The notes under the pieces: generated by a model
Told to the model about the DNA's origin: nothing
Seen by the model: the letters and a program-made list of their open reading frames with translations, nothing else
The model's database searches: none
NCBI GenBank assembly: GCA_964505295.1
Contig: CAZDHR010000002.1
Location: forward strand, 1-53,064
Length of the DNA stretch: 53,064 nucleotides
From: an uncultured Planctomycetaceae bacterium
GTDB lineage: Bacteria > Planctomycetota > Planctomycetia > Pirellulales > Thermoguttaceae
Reading direction: 5' to 3'
Shown: positions 40,411-48,135 of the stretch, piece by piece
Position numbering within the stretch: position 1 is the first letter of the stretch
Layout of the letters: every line of letters starts with the position of its first letter
Program-made: the position numbers and the translations under genes

Positions 40411-40417
40411 GGATCAG

Positions 40418-40424
40418 CCTCCTT
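40418..40424 (-). promoter_or_regulatory. Shine-Dalgarno AAGGAGG of the giant gene
   Basis: Minus-strand TAAGGAGGCTGATCCATG, with 7 nt between the SD and ATG 40410. Confidence 0.8.
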
Positions 40425-40576
40425 AGAGCTGCGCTAGGCAATTCGGCCCAGTTCACCTGCCTGTTCGACCCGTCCTTGGTAGATTGGAAAACCAAATCCT
40501 TCAAACAAATTGTCGGAAGATCTTGCAAGAAAAGCGCAAAACGATCCGCCCGACAAAACGATCAGGAGTCGATTCG

Positions 40577-40605
40577 ATTAAAACCCGAATGGGGCCGAAA
40601 ATCAA
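40577..40605 (-). promoter_or_regulatory. Candidate sigma70-like promoter (TTGATT-17 nt-TTTAAT) for the giant gene
   Basis: Read on the minus strand in the only AT-rich stretch upstream of the gene. It would give a ~160-nt leader. Planctomycete promoter rules are poorly known, so this is weak. Confidence 0.3.
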
Positions 40606-41655
40606 CCCCCAATTTACCTAATTCGCACATTTACCTTCGCTTCCCCAAGGTGACACTCCGGTCTGCAACACGGGTAGTTTCCCCTAAGGACAAACCCAAA
40701 CAGAATGCGCATGAGCGAAGCCCAACACTAAGGGAGGGCAACCGTACTCAATCTGGTCGTCGTGCGCACAAGAGGTAATGGAAAGGGAGGCCACCTTGTC
40801 GAAGCTCTCTCGCGTCATCACCACCCAGTTGGCAATCCCCAAGCTTGCGTTCACGCATCAGACTTACAGCACCTCTCCAAAACACACTCTTCCTGACGGC
40901 CAGCAATCCCCCCGTGGGCCAGGGTGTCGCCCGCATCGTGCGAGTCATAACCGGCAAAAGGCGCAGAGCCGGCCTCCAGACACGCCTGCACTCCTTGTGC
41001 CATTCCCGGCCAAACCCCAGCCGATAGCTGAACACCTCAGATCATCCGACGTAAGTCACTTTAGTCGAAGTCTTTACATCGCTCCATTTGGAGCGGATCG
41101 CACCCTTTCTTCGGGGCGAAGCTACGTCGGCCGCCCTGTAGCGTTTTGCTACGAATGGGGCGTTTTCGCGCGGCAACCGCCCCCACCAACGGGTGTCATG
41201 GCTGCGGTCCGGCTTGCCGACGGGGGCCCCGCGACGTGGCCCCAAATCGGCCAACCCAATGCCGTGCGCCCGTCTCATCCTGCGTCCATCGCGTTCAGCC
41301 TTGGCCACGGCACGTCCCGTACACGTAGGGGAGGTCAAGATACTGCGCTTGTGTGGATAAGAGACGGCGGGATGAGCCCAACTCGCCGCTCTCTGGCGGC
41401 CACGGCGACACCTACGAAAGCGGCGACCTTCCGGCATCCGTCAACAGACACGTGGGCCTACGAGGTGAGGACACACGTACTGTTGCGAGTTTGCGGCCGA
41501 TCTGCGATGTGGAAATCGGCCACCGCACGATGACCGTCTGCCACCTGGGCAACATCGCCTACCAGCTCCGCCGGCTGCTTGGAAGTTCCCCCCGCCCGGA
41601 AGTCATCGGGCGCGGTTCGCGGCGCCGGCCTCACGCCTCGACCGCGGGGTTTCGC

Positions 41656-41691
41656 CACGAAGGCCCGGCGGCACGGGTCGTCGTCTTCGTG
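41656..41691 (-). terminator. Hairpin directly after the priA stop codon
   Basis: CACGAAG (41656-41662) pairs with CTTCGTG (41685-41691), with an inner GCCCG/CGGGT helix. No U-tract follows, so terminator function is uncertain. Confidence 0.3.
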
Positions 41692-41692
41692 C

Positions 41693-43978
41693 TCACAGCA
41701 TGTCGAGCGGGTCGACGTCGACGATCCACTGAATCTCTTCCGGCCGTTTCAGCTCGGCGGTCGCTTCGCGCACACACGTGCGGAGCTGCTCGCCGTCGGC
41801 GGCCTGGAGCTGGATCTGGAAGCGGTACTTACCCCGCAGCTTGCTGAACGGGCACGGCGCGGGGCCGAGCACCCGGGCTCGCGTTTGGTGACGATCGATC
41901 GCGGCCGTGAGCAGCTCGGCCACGTGAGCCGCGAACTGGGCAGTCGCCTTCTCGGCCGGACCGCGGATGACCAAGCGGATCATTCGCGAGAACGGCGGGT
42001 ACGAGTACGTCTTGCGCATGGGCGCCTCGGCCTGGGCGAAGGCGATGTAGTCGTGCCGGGCCGCCGCCTGAATAGCCGGATGGTCGGGATTGAACGTTTG
42101 CACGAGCACGCGGCCCCCTTTCTCGCCGCGCCCGGTCCGCCCGGCCACTTGCGTGACGAGCTGGAACGTCCGCTCGGCGGCGCGGAAGTCGGGCAGGTGC
42201 AAGGCGGTGTCGGCGTTGATCACGCCGACCAGCGTCACGTTGGGGAAGTCGAGCCCCTTGGCGATCATCTGGGTGCCGAGGAGGATCTGCACCTCGCCGG
42301 AGCGGAAGGCGGCCAGCGCCCGCTCGTGGGCCCCGCGCCCCTGCATCGTGTCGGTGTCCATGCGCAGGCAGCGGACGTCCGGGAATCGGCGTCTCACCTC
42401 GGCCTCCAATCGCTGGGTGCCCAGGCCGCCGTAGCGGATCCCGGCGAAGTGGCACTTGGGGCATTCCGTCGGGGCCGGCACCTGGTAGTCGCAATAGTGA
42501 CACAGGGCGATCTCCTCGGTGCGATGGTGCGTCAGCGCGATCTCGCACTGCGGACATTCGACGACCTCGCCGCACGCCGGGCACTGAATGTGCGTCGAGA
42601 ACCCCCGCCGGTTCAACAGCAGGATCACCTGTCCGCCTTCGGCCAGGGCCGCGCGCACGGCCACGTGGAGCTGCCGGCTGATGGCCCCACGGAAGCCTCG
42701 CGTGGCCGCGTCGCCGCGGAGGTCGAGCGTTCCCACGGCCGGCAACGGGCGGCCCAGCACGCGCCGCGGCATGCGCACCAGCTTGTACTCGCCCGATTGG
42801 GCCCGGTGCCAGCTCTCCAGCGACGGCGTGGCCGAGCCGAGCACCAGCGGGATGCCCTCCATTCGGGCGCGGGCCAGGGCCACGTCGCGGGCGTGATACC
42901 GCGGGGCGATCTCCTGCTTGAACGACGTCTCGTGCTCCTCGTCCAAGATGATCAGGCCCAGGTCGGTTGCCGGAGCGAACACGGCGCTTCGGGCCCCGAC
43001 GACCACCTGTACCTGGCCGTCGGCGATCCGCTGCCACTGGCGGTGGCGGTCCGCGTCGCTCAGATGGCTGTGCAACACGGCCACCTGGGGGAAGCGCGAG
43101 CGGAACCGCTCCACGGTCTGCGGCGTCAGGCTGATCTCCGGCACCAGCACGATCGCCTGGCGACCGAACGCGACCACCTCCCGAATCGCCTGGATGTAGA
43201 CCTCCGTCTTGCCGCTGCCGGTCACGCCGTGGACGAGGATCGTCTGGTGGCGCCGGGCGCCCAGCGCGTCGACGATCGCCAAGAGCGCCACCTTCTGCTC
43301 GCGATTGAGCGTCAAGTAGGCCTCCCGCTCCACGGTCGGCTCCGCGGGGCCGGCCGCTTGGACACGCTCGGAGCGGGCCACGATCAGGCCCTTCCGTCGC
43401 AGCGCATGGATCGGCGCCACGGTGCACTTGGCCGCGCGGGCCAGCTCGGTCGGCATGAGAGGACCGTCGGCCGCGGCCAGGGCCTTGACCACCTGGGCCT
43501 GCTTCTTGGGCAACTCCAGTTGGTGGACTCGGCCGGCGACCTCCGGCGCGAGGCTCAGCACGGTGACCTTTCGCGTGCCGGCCTGGGCGCGCACGCCCGC
43601 CGGAACGACCGCTTCGAGCACTTGCCCCCATTCGCACAGGTAGTGGTCGGCGATCCACTCGGTCAGCCGGAGCATCGGGCCGGTCAGCAGACTGCGACGA
43701 TCGACCACGCTCCGCAACGGCTTGAGCGGACGGCCGCCCGTCGGCTTCGTGGCCACTTGCACGCAGTAGCCGGTGACGATGCGATTCCCTCGTCCCAACG
43801 GTACCTTAATCCGGCGGCCCGGCTCCACCTCGTCGACCAGCGCGTCGGGCACCAGGTAGTCGAACCGGCCGCTCGGCCCGCCCACGAACACCAGCGTGGC
43901 GACCCGCTGCTCGGCCTGATCGGCCATTTCCCAGGGCTCGGGCTCCTTGTCGAACAGGCTCTGTTGTTGGTCGGGCAT
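41693..43978 (-). CDS. priA: Primosomal protein N' (replication restart helicase PriA)
   Basis: 761 aa from ATG 43978. Walker A HGVTGSGKTEVY, DEAH-type ILDEEHE, zinc-binding Cys cluster CPACGEVVECPQCEIALTHH...CHYCDYQVPAPTECPKCH, and C-terminal WIVDVDPLDML. The ORF-track entry 41693-45754 over-extends upstream. Confidence 0.93.
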   Translation of the reverse strand: MPDQQQSLFDKEPEPWEMADQAEQRVATLVFVGGPSGRFDYLVPDALVDEVEPGRRIKVPLGRGNRIVTGYCVQVATKPTGGRPLKPLRSVVDRRSLLTGPMLRLTEWIADHYLCEWGQVLEAVVPAGVRAQAGTRKVTVLSLAPEVAGRVHQLELPKKQAQVVKALAAADGPLMPTELARAAKCTVAPIHALRRKGLIVARSERVQAAGPAEPTVEREAYLTLNREQKVALLAIVDALGARRHQTILVHGVTGSGKTEVYIQAIREVVAFGRQAIVLVPEISLTPQTVERFRSRFPQVAVLHSHLSDADRHRQWQRIADGQVQVVVGARSAVFAPATDLGLIILDEEHETSFKQEIAPRYHARDVALARARMEGIPLVLGSATPSLESWHRAQSGEYKLVRMPRRVLGRPLPAVGTLDLRGDAATRGFRGAISRQLHVAVRAALAEGGQVILLLNRRGFSTHIQCPACGEVVECPQCEIALTHHRTEEIALCHYCDYQVPAPTECPKCHFAGIRYGGLGTQRLEAEVRRRFPDVRCLRMDTDTMQGRGAHERALAAFRSGEVQILLGTQMIAKGLDFPNVTLVGVINADTALHLPDFRAAERTFQLVTQVAGRTGRGEKGGRVLVQTFNPDHPAIQAAARHDYIAFAQAEAPMRKTYSYPPFSRMIRLVIRGPAEKATAQFAAHVAELLTAAIDRHQTRARVLGPAPCPFSKLRGKYRFQIQLQAADGEQLRTCVREATAELKRPEEIQWIVDVDPLDML

Positions 43979-43988
43979 GGGGAAAGTA

Positions 43989-44034
43989 GGGAGTTGGGAG
44001 TTGGGAGTTGGGAGTCGGGAGTGGGGAGCTTGGG
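43989..44034 (+). repeat. Tandem heptamer (GGGAGTN)x6 plus TGGG. G-quadruplex-type motif on the plus strand, C-rich leader of priA on the minus strand
   Basis: Units at 43989, 43996, 44003, 44010, 44017 and 44024. Seven G3-4 tracts are separated by 3-5 nt. The repeat starts 11 nt upstream of the priA ATG. Confidence 0.9.
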
Positions 44035-44251
44035 TAATTGGCGGACGTCCGTTGTGCGCGTCGCGAGCACGGCAAGCGCAATATAGGGCCAGACGGGCGG
44101 ACAATGCAACGCTCGCGGCGCCGAAGGGCATGTGGACGGGCCACTGCCGGCCGCGTATCCTGGAACCCACCGTACGGGACGCCGGCTGCCGTCGTCTATA
44201 CGGCACCGTGTCCTTCTTGAGAACCCTGCTTCCGACGGGAGGGACGAATCC

Positions 44252-46780
44252 ATGGGAACTCTGCTCGTAAGCCTTCTGCCGGCGATCGTCGCACTCGGGC
44301 CGCAGAGTCCGGTCGTGTACCAGGAGGGATTCGAGTCGGGCGAGCCCTCTTGGGCCATCTGGGCGAAGAGCGTCGCGGACCCCTGCGAGGTCAATTTCCT
44401 CGGCCCCACCGACGAGAAGGCGTTTGCCGGCAAGCGATCGCTGAAACTCGACCTCACCTTTCACGACGGCTCCTACTGCTACTTCGGCACGCCCGTCAAG
44501 CTGCCGGCGGCGGGCGATCTGAAGCTCCGCGGGTATCTGTGCGTCGAGCAGATTCCCGACAAGGTGCGCGTGGGGCTCGGCTGGAACGTGAACCTGCCGC
44601 CGTCGGGTCACAGCGGGTGCTCCGCGATCGAGACGCTCTCGAAACCGACCGACGGCTGGCAGCCGTTCGAGGTCGATCTGGCCGCGATCGGCGACCGGAC
44701 GGCCGAAGGGGTCCTGGGCACGCCCGACGTGCTCCGCTACCTCGACCGCATCGCCGTGATGTTCACCGGCCGATTTCCGCCCGGCGGACGGGCCGTCGTC
44801 TACCTCGACGAGCTGACGATCACCGGACACGTGCCGGCGGATTACGAGGGCTCGATGCGGGCACGGGTCGAAAAGGCCGTGGCGGAACAGCGCGACCGGA
44901 TTGCCGGTTGGGCCACGCGCGCCCGGGAGGCGCAAGCCGCCCTGGAGAAGCTGCGATCTGATGCCGACGGCCTGCCCGAGCCGATCCGCCGACACGCGAC
45001 GCAGGTCGCCGCGGGGGCGAAAACGGCCATCGACTCGGTCCTCGCCGAGAGCGAGCAGCGCCTCGCGGGGGCTCGCTGGCTGCGGCCGGCCGAGCAGCGC
45101 GAGTGGACCGGGCACGTTGCGGCCGTCCGGTCGGCGGTCGAGACGCTCCGCGGCCTGTCGGAGTACGCTCGCGAGCATGACGCGCCGTACGTGATCTACA
45201 CCCGACCGGCCATCCACGACCATCCCTTGCTTCCCGACGTGGTGCCGGTTCCCGCCCAGGTGGGAGATACGATCTCGCTTTGGGCCACGCCCGGCGAATA
45301 CGAGCCGGCCACGTTTGCCATCTTCGCCTGCCGCGACCTCGACGACGTGCGGCTGGCGGCCACCGACCTGGAAGGCGACGCCGGCAAAATCCCCGGCGCG
45401 GCCGTCGACCTGCACGTGGTCAAGGTCTGGTATCAGGCGGGCATGGGATCGATCGGGGCCGGGGCCCACAAGCCGCAACTCGTGCCCGAGCTGCTCGTCA
45501 AAGACGACGCCCTGATCCGCGTCGACACCGAAGCCAAGCGGAACCTGATGCGGCACACGGGCGACGACGGGCGCGAGACCTACGTGTGCATCTCCGATCT
45601 CGATCCGGAGAAAATGCCCAACGTGGCCCCGCGCGACGCCGAGACCCTGCAGCCCTTCGACGTGCCGGCCGACTCGCTCAAGCAGATCTGGGTCACGGTG
45701 CAGGTGCCCGACCCGACCCCGCCCGGAACGTACCAGGGGGCCGTTCGGATTCAACCGCGCGGCGAGCCGGAAGCCCGGGTCTCGGTCCGGCTTCGCGTGC
45801 TGCCGTTTCGGCTACGGCCGACGATGCTCGTCCAGTCGATCTACTACCGCGGTCGTTTGGCGCCGAACCGGCATGCGCACGCGGTCAACAGCGAGTACAG
45901 GACCCCGGCGCAGCTCGAGGCCGAGATGCGCGACATGGCCGCCCACGGACTGAACTCCCCGACCACGTATCAGCCGTTCGACGCCGAGCTGCCGACCGTG
46001 CTGGCGATCCGCAACCGTGCCGGGTTCCGCTCCGGTCCGCTGTTCACGCTCGGCCAGAGCACCGGCTCCTCGTCGGATCCGGGCCGGCTCGCTTCGCTTC
46101 AGGCCGCCGTGCGCAAGTGGCTGGAGCTGGCCGGGCGGCACGGCCACTCGAGCGTCTACTTCTACGGCGAAGACGAAGCTCGGGGCGAGCGGCTCGCCGC
46201 GCAGCGCCCCGCGTGGCAAGCGGTCCGGGAGGCCGGCGGCAAGACGTTCGTGGCCGGCTATCACGGTTCGTTCGAGTCGGTGGGCGACTTGCAGGACGTG
46301 CTGGTGTTCGCCGGCCCGCCCGACGCCGAAGAAGCCGCCAAGTATCACGGCCTCGGCCACCAAGTCTTCAGCTACGCCAATCCGCAATGCGGTTGCGAAC
46401 AGCCCGAGCGATATCGCCGCAATTTCGGCCTGCTGTTGTGGAAAAACGACTTCGACGGCGCGATGGACTACGCCTACCAACACTCGTTCGGACACATCTG
46501 GAACGACTTCGACCATCGCACGTACCGGGATCACGTGATGGCCTATCCGACGGTGGACGGCGTGGTCGACACGCTTCAGTGGGAGGGCTACCGCGAGGGC
46601 GTCGACGACACCCGCTACCTGGCAACGCTCCTCGACCAGTTGCGCACGGCCCCACCCGAACGGGCGTCGGTCGCCAACGCGGCCCGGAAGTGGCTCGACG
46701 AGCTGGACGTCGACGGCGACCTCGACGCCATCCGGCGGCGAATGATCGACTGGATCCTCGAGCTCCAAACCGGAAACTGA
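44252..46780 (+). CDS. Secreted hypothetical protein (842 aa), possibly glycoside-hydrolase-like (DUF4091/GH123-like by loose pattern)
   Basis: ATG 44252 is preceded by GGGAGGG about 8 nt upstream. The N-terminus MGTLLVSLLPAIVALGPQ is signal-like. Protein-like composition throughout. The ORF-track start 44132 (GTG) adds 40 non-signal residues and has no SD. Functional guess is from memory only. Confidence 0.75.
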   Translation: MGTLLVSLLPAIVALGPQSPVVYQEGFESGEPSWAIWAKSVADPCEVNFLGPTDEKAFAGKRSLKLDLTFHDGSYCYFGTPVKLPAAGDLKLRGYLCVEQIPDKVRVGLGWNVNLPPSGHSGCSAIETLSKPTDGWQPFEVDLAAIGDRTAEGVLGTPDVLRYLDRIAVMFTGRFPPGGRAVVYLDELTITGHVPADYEGSMRARVEKAVAEQRDRIAGWATRAREAQAALEKLRSDADGLPEPIRRHATQVAAGAKTAIDSVLAESEQRLAGARWLRPAEQREWTGHVAAVRSAVETLRGLSEYAREHDAPYVIYTRPAIHDHPLLPDVVPVPAQVGDTISLWATPGEYEPATFAIFACRDLDDVRLAATDLEGDAGKIPGAAVDLHVVKVWYQAGMGSIGAGAHKPQLVPELLVKDDALIRVDTEAKRNLMRHTGDDGRETYVCISDLDPEKMPNVAPRDAETLQPFDVPADSLKQIWVTVQVPDPTPPGTYQGAVRIQPRGEPEARVSVRLRVLPFRLRPTMLVQSIYYRGRLAPNRHAHAVNSEYRTPAQLEAEMRDMAAHGLNSPTTYQPFDAELPTVLAIRNRAGFRSGPLFTLGQSTGSSSDPGRLASLQAAVRKWLELAGRHGHSSVYFYGEDEARGERLAAQRPAWQAVREAGGKTFVAGYHGSFESVGDLQDVLVFAGPPDAEEAAKYHGLGHQVFSYANPQCGCEQPERYRRNFGLLLWKNDFDGAMDYAYQHSFGHIWNDFDHRTYRDHVMAYPTVDGVVDTLQWEGYREGVDDTRYLATLLDQLRTAPPERASVANAARKWLDELDVDGDLDAIRRRMIDWILELQTGN

Positions 46781-46784
46781 CCGG

Positions 46785-46803
46785 CCCGCGCGCTGTGCGC
46801 GGG
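46785..46803 (+). terminator. Hairpin CCCGCGC-GCTGT-GCGCGGG 5 nt after the stop of the 842-aa gene
   Basis: 7-bp GC stem with a 5-nt loop, followed by a second 6-bp hairpin (46812-46828). No clear U-tract. Confidence 0.4.
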
Positions 46804-46882
46804 TCTCCCGACCCCGCACACGGCGGGGACCGAAGGTTTCCTGCGAAAGGGAATCCCCTCCTCCACGCCGGCGCCCACGCGC

Positions 46883-46928
46883 AAAAAAGGGCCGGGAGCG
46901 CCAAAAAGGGGAGAAAGGCGCTCCCGGC
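46883..46928 (-). terminator. Intrinsic terminator for the minus-strand small gene (12-bp stem plus U6)
   Basis: GCCGGGAGCGCC (46891-46902) pairs with GGCGCTCCCGGC (46917-46928). On the minus strand the stem is followed after 2 nt by TTTTTT (46883-46888). Confidence 0.7.
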
Positions 46929-46930
46929 AG

Positions 46931-46952
46931 GTTCCCCGGCAAACCGGGGAAC
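46931..46952. terminator. Hairpin GTTCCCCGG-CAAA-CCGGGGAAC
   Basis: Perfect 9-bp stem with a 4-nt loop between the convergent genes, just upstream (minus sense) of the 46883-46928 terminator. Confidence 0.45.
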
Positions 46953-46981
46953 GGGCCAGTTCGTGCACCGTGGGGCGGAGG

Positions 46982-47284
46982 CTAGAGCACGGGCACACTC
47001 GCGGGAGGAAGCAGTTCGGTCGTGGGCGAATCGAAATCGAGTGCGTACGCGAAATCCGTGGTCGATGGGGACCACAAAAGCGGCGACCCGCCGTCTTGGG
47101 GCTCGACGCGCTCGGCGCTCGTTACCACGTCGCTCGTCATCGCCACGTCGTCGGTAAGCTGGAGGTCGCACGCCGCGGCGGCCATCCCGACGCCAAGCAC
47201 GCAGACGATGCCCAGGGCAACGAGTGCCGCGAAAAAGACGCCGGCGCCGAAAAGCGTCAAGCCGAGGCTTGCGAGAATCTTCAT
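46982..47284 (-). CDS. Small membrane-anchored/secreted hypothetical protein (100 aa)
   Basis: AAGGAG lies 8 nt upstream of ATG 47284. Hydrophobic N-terminus MKILASLGLTLFGAGVFFAALVALGIVCVLGVGMAAAA. Followed by a textbook intrinsic terminator. Confidence 0.65.
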   Translation of the reverse strand: MKILASLGLTLFGAGVFFAALVALGIVCVLGVGMAAAACDLQLTDDVAMTSDVVTSAERVEPQDGGSPLLWSPSTTDFAYALDFDSPTTELLPPASVPVL

Positions 47285-47487
47285 GGGTCTTGCTCCTTGA
47301 ACCTACCCCGTTTCCGACCTTCTATACCCGGCCGCCAGCTCCATCCTGCGCCGATTGAGGACTTTTTTCCGGTGACGCCGGAGTATCTGCCGTAAGTGCT
47401 TGCTTCCAAATGGCTTAGCGGCTACAGTAGCGACAATCGCGGCGTGCGACCTTGACAAACCTAGCCTGGCAAGCCGGAACACGGACG

Positions 47488-48093
47488 ATGCGTTTGGGAC
47501 TGTTTGGCGGGAGCTTCGACCCGGTTCACTACGGACACCTGCTGTTGGCCGAGTGCTGTCGCGAGCAGTGCCGGTTGGACGAGGTGTGGTTTGTCCCGGC
47601 GGCAGTCCCCCCACACAAGCAGGGTCGCCGGTTGAGCCCGGCCAAGGCGCGGGTCGAGATGCTCGAACTGGCCATTGCCGGCCACGAGCCGTTCTCGGTG
47701 AATCGGTATGAGGTCGATCGCGGCGGGGTGAGCTACACGGTCGACACGCTCCGGCATGTGCGCGCGGAACACCCCGAGGGCGAGCCGTTCCTGCTGATGG
47801 GGGCCGACATGCTCCACGACCTGCCGCACTGGCGCGAGGCCGACCAGATCTGCCGGCTGGCGATCCCGGCCGTCGTTAGCCGGCCCGGGCCCGGGCGGCC
47901 CAATTTCGAATGCCTGGCCGGGCTTACCCCCCCCGAACGGATCGCGATGGCCCGGCAGCATGAGGTCGACATGCCGCAGATCGAGCTAAGCGGCAAGGAG
48001 ATCCGGCGCCGCGTCGCCGACGGCCTGAGCATCCGCTATCAGACCCCCCGGGCGGTAGAGAAGTACATCGAGACCCATCAACTCTATCGTTGA
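47488..48093 (+). CDS. nadD: Nicotinate-nucleotide adenylyltransferase
   Basis: MRLGLFGGSFDPVHYGHLLLAE (the (H/T)xGH nucleotidyltransferase motif), VWFVPAAVPPHKQ and SGKEIRRR. ATG 47488 is chosen over the TTG at 47452 because homologues start at M-R-x-G-x-F-G-G-S-F-D-P. Confidence 0.9.
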   Translation: MRLGLFGGSFDPVHYGHLLLAECCREQCRLDEVWFVPAAVPPHKQGRRLSPAKARVEMLELAIAGHEPFSVNRYEVDRGGVSYTVDTLRHVRAEHPEGEPFLLMGADMLHDLPHWREADQICRLAIPAVVSRPGPGRPNFECLAGLTPPERIAMARQHEVDMPQIELSGKEIRRRVADGLSIRYQTPRAVEKYIETHQLYR

Positions 48094-48135
48094 GGCCTCA
48101 GGCCGCCCGGGTCCACTGCCCGTCGCCGCGCCAGC

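Noticed and set aside
6043-40395. Many long plus-strand ORFs inside the giant gene (for example 6043-8403, 12904-16263, 20737-24813, 28558-30069, 30154-32679, 37492-38853, 39037-40395)
   Set aside because: All are antisense or off-frame to a gene with continuous domain evidence. Their translations are dominated by R, G, V, D, A and H with no recognisable motifs. This is the typical antisense open frame of GC3-rich coding DNA.
40778-41533. 251-aa ORF (and 41042-41437 on the minus strand) in the region upstream of the giant gene
   Set aside because: Ser/Pro/Thr/Arg-rich, low-complexity translation with no SD and no motifs. I could not support them as genes, though a decayed pseudogene is not excluded.
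41579-44086. 835-aa plus-strand ORF overlapping priA
   Set aside because: It is antisense to priA, with low-complexity R/A/G/L/H-rich translation, no motifs and no SD. It is a shadow ORF.
41693-45754. 1,353-aa ORF-track entry suggesting a much longer PriA
   Set aside because: Only the C-terminal 761 aa (from MPDQQQSLFDKEPEPWE, ATG 43978) are PriA-like. The N-terminal 592 aa are R/G/P/V-rich, run antisense to the well-supported 44252-46780 gene and read through the heptamer repeat. This is an open-frame artefact of high GC.
45280-47157. 625-aa plus-strand ORF and 376-aa/267-aa minus-strand ORFs overlapping the 842-aa gene and its terminator region
   Set aside because: The translations are extremely Arg/Pro/Gly-rich. 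They cross the obvious terminator hairpins and lack SD sequences. They are off-frame shadows of 44252-46780.
47452-47457. Perfect TTGACA hexamer upstream of nadD as a -35 box
   Set aside because: No acceptable -10 element lies 16-18 nt downstream (CGGAAC). The hexamer also lies only ~30 nt from the ATG. It coincides with the alternative TTG start listed in the ORF track.
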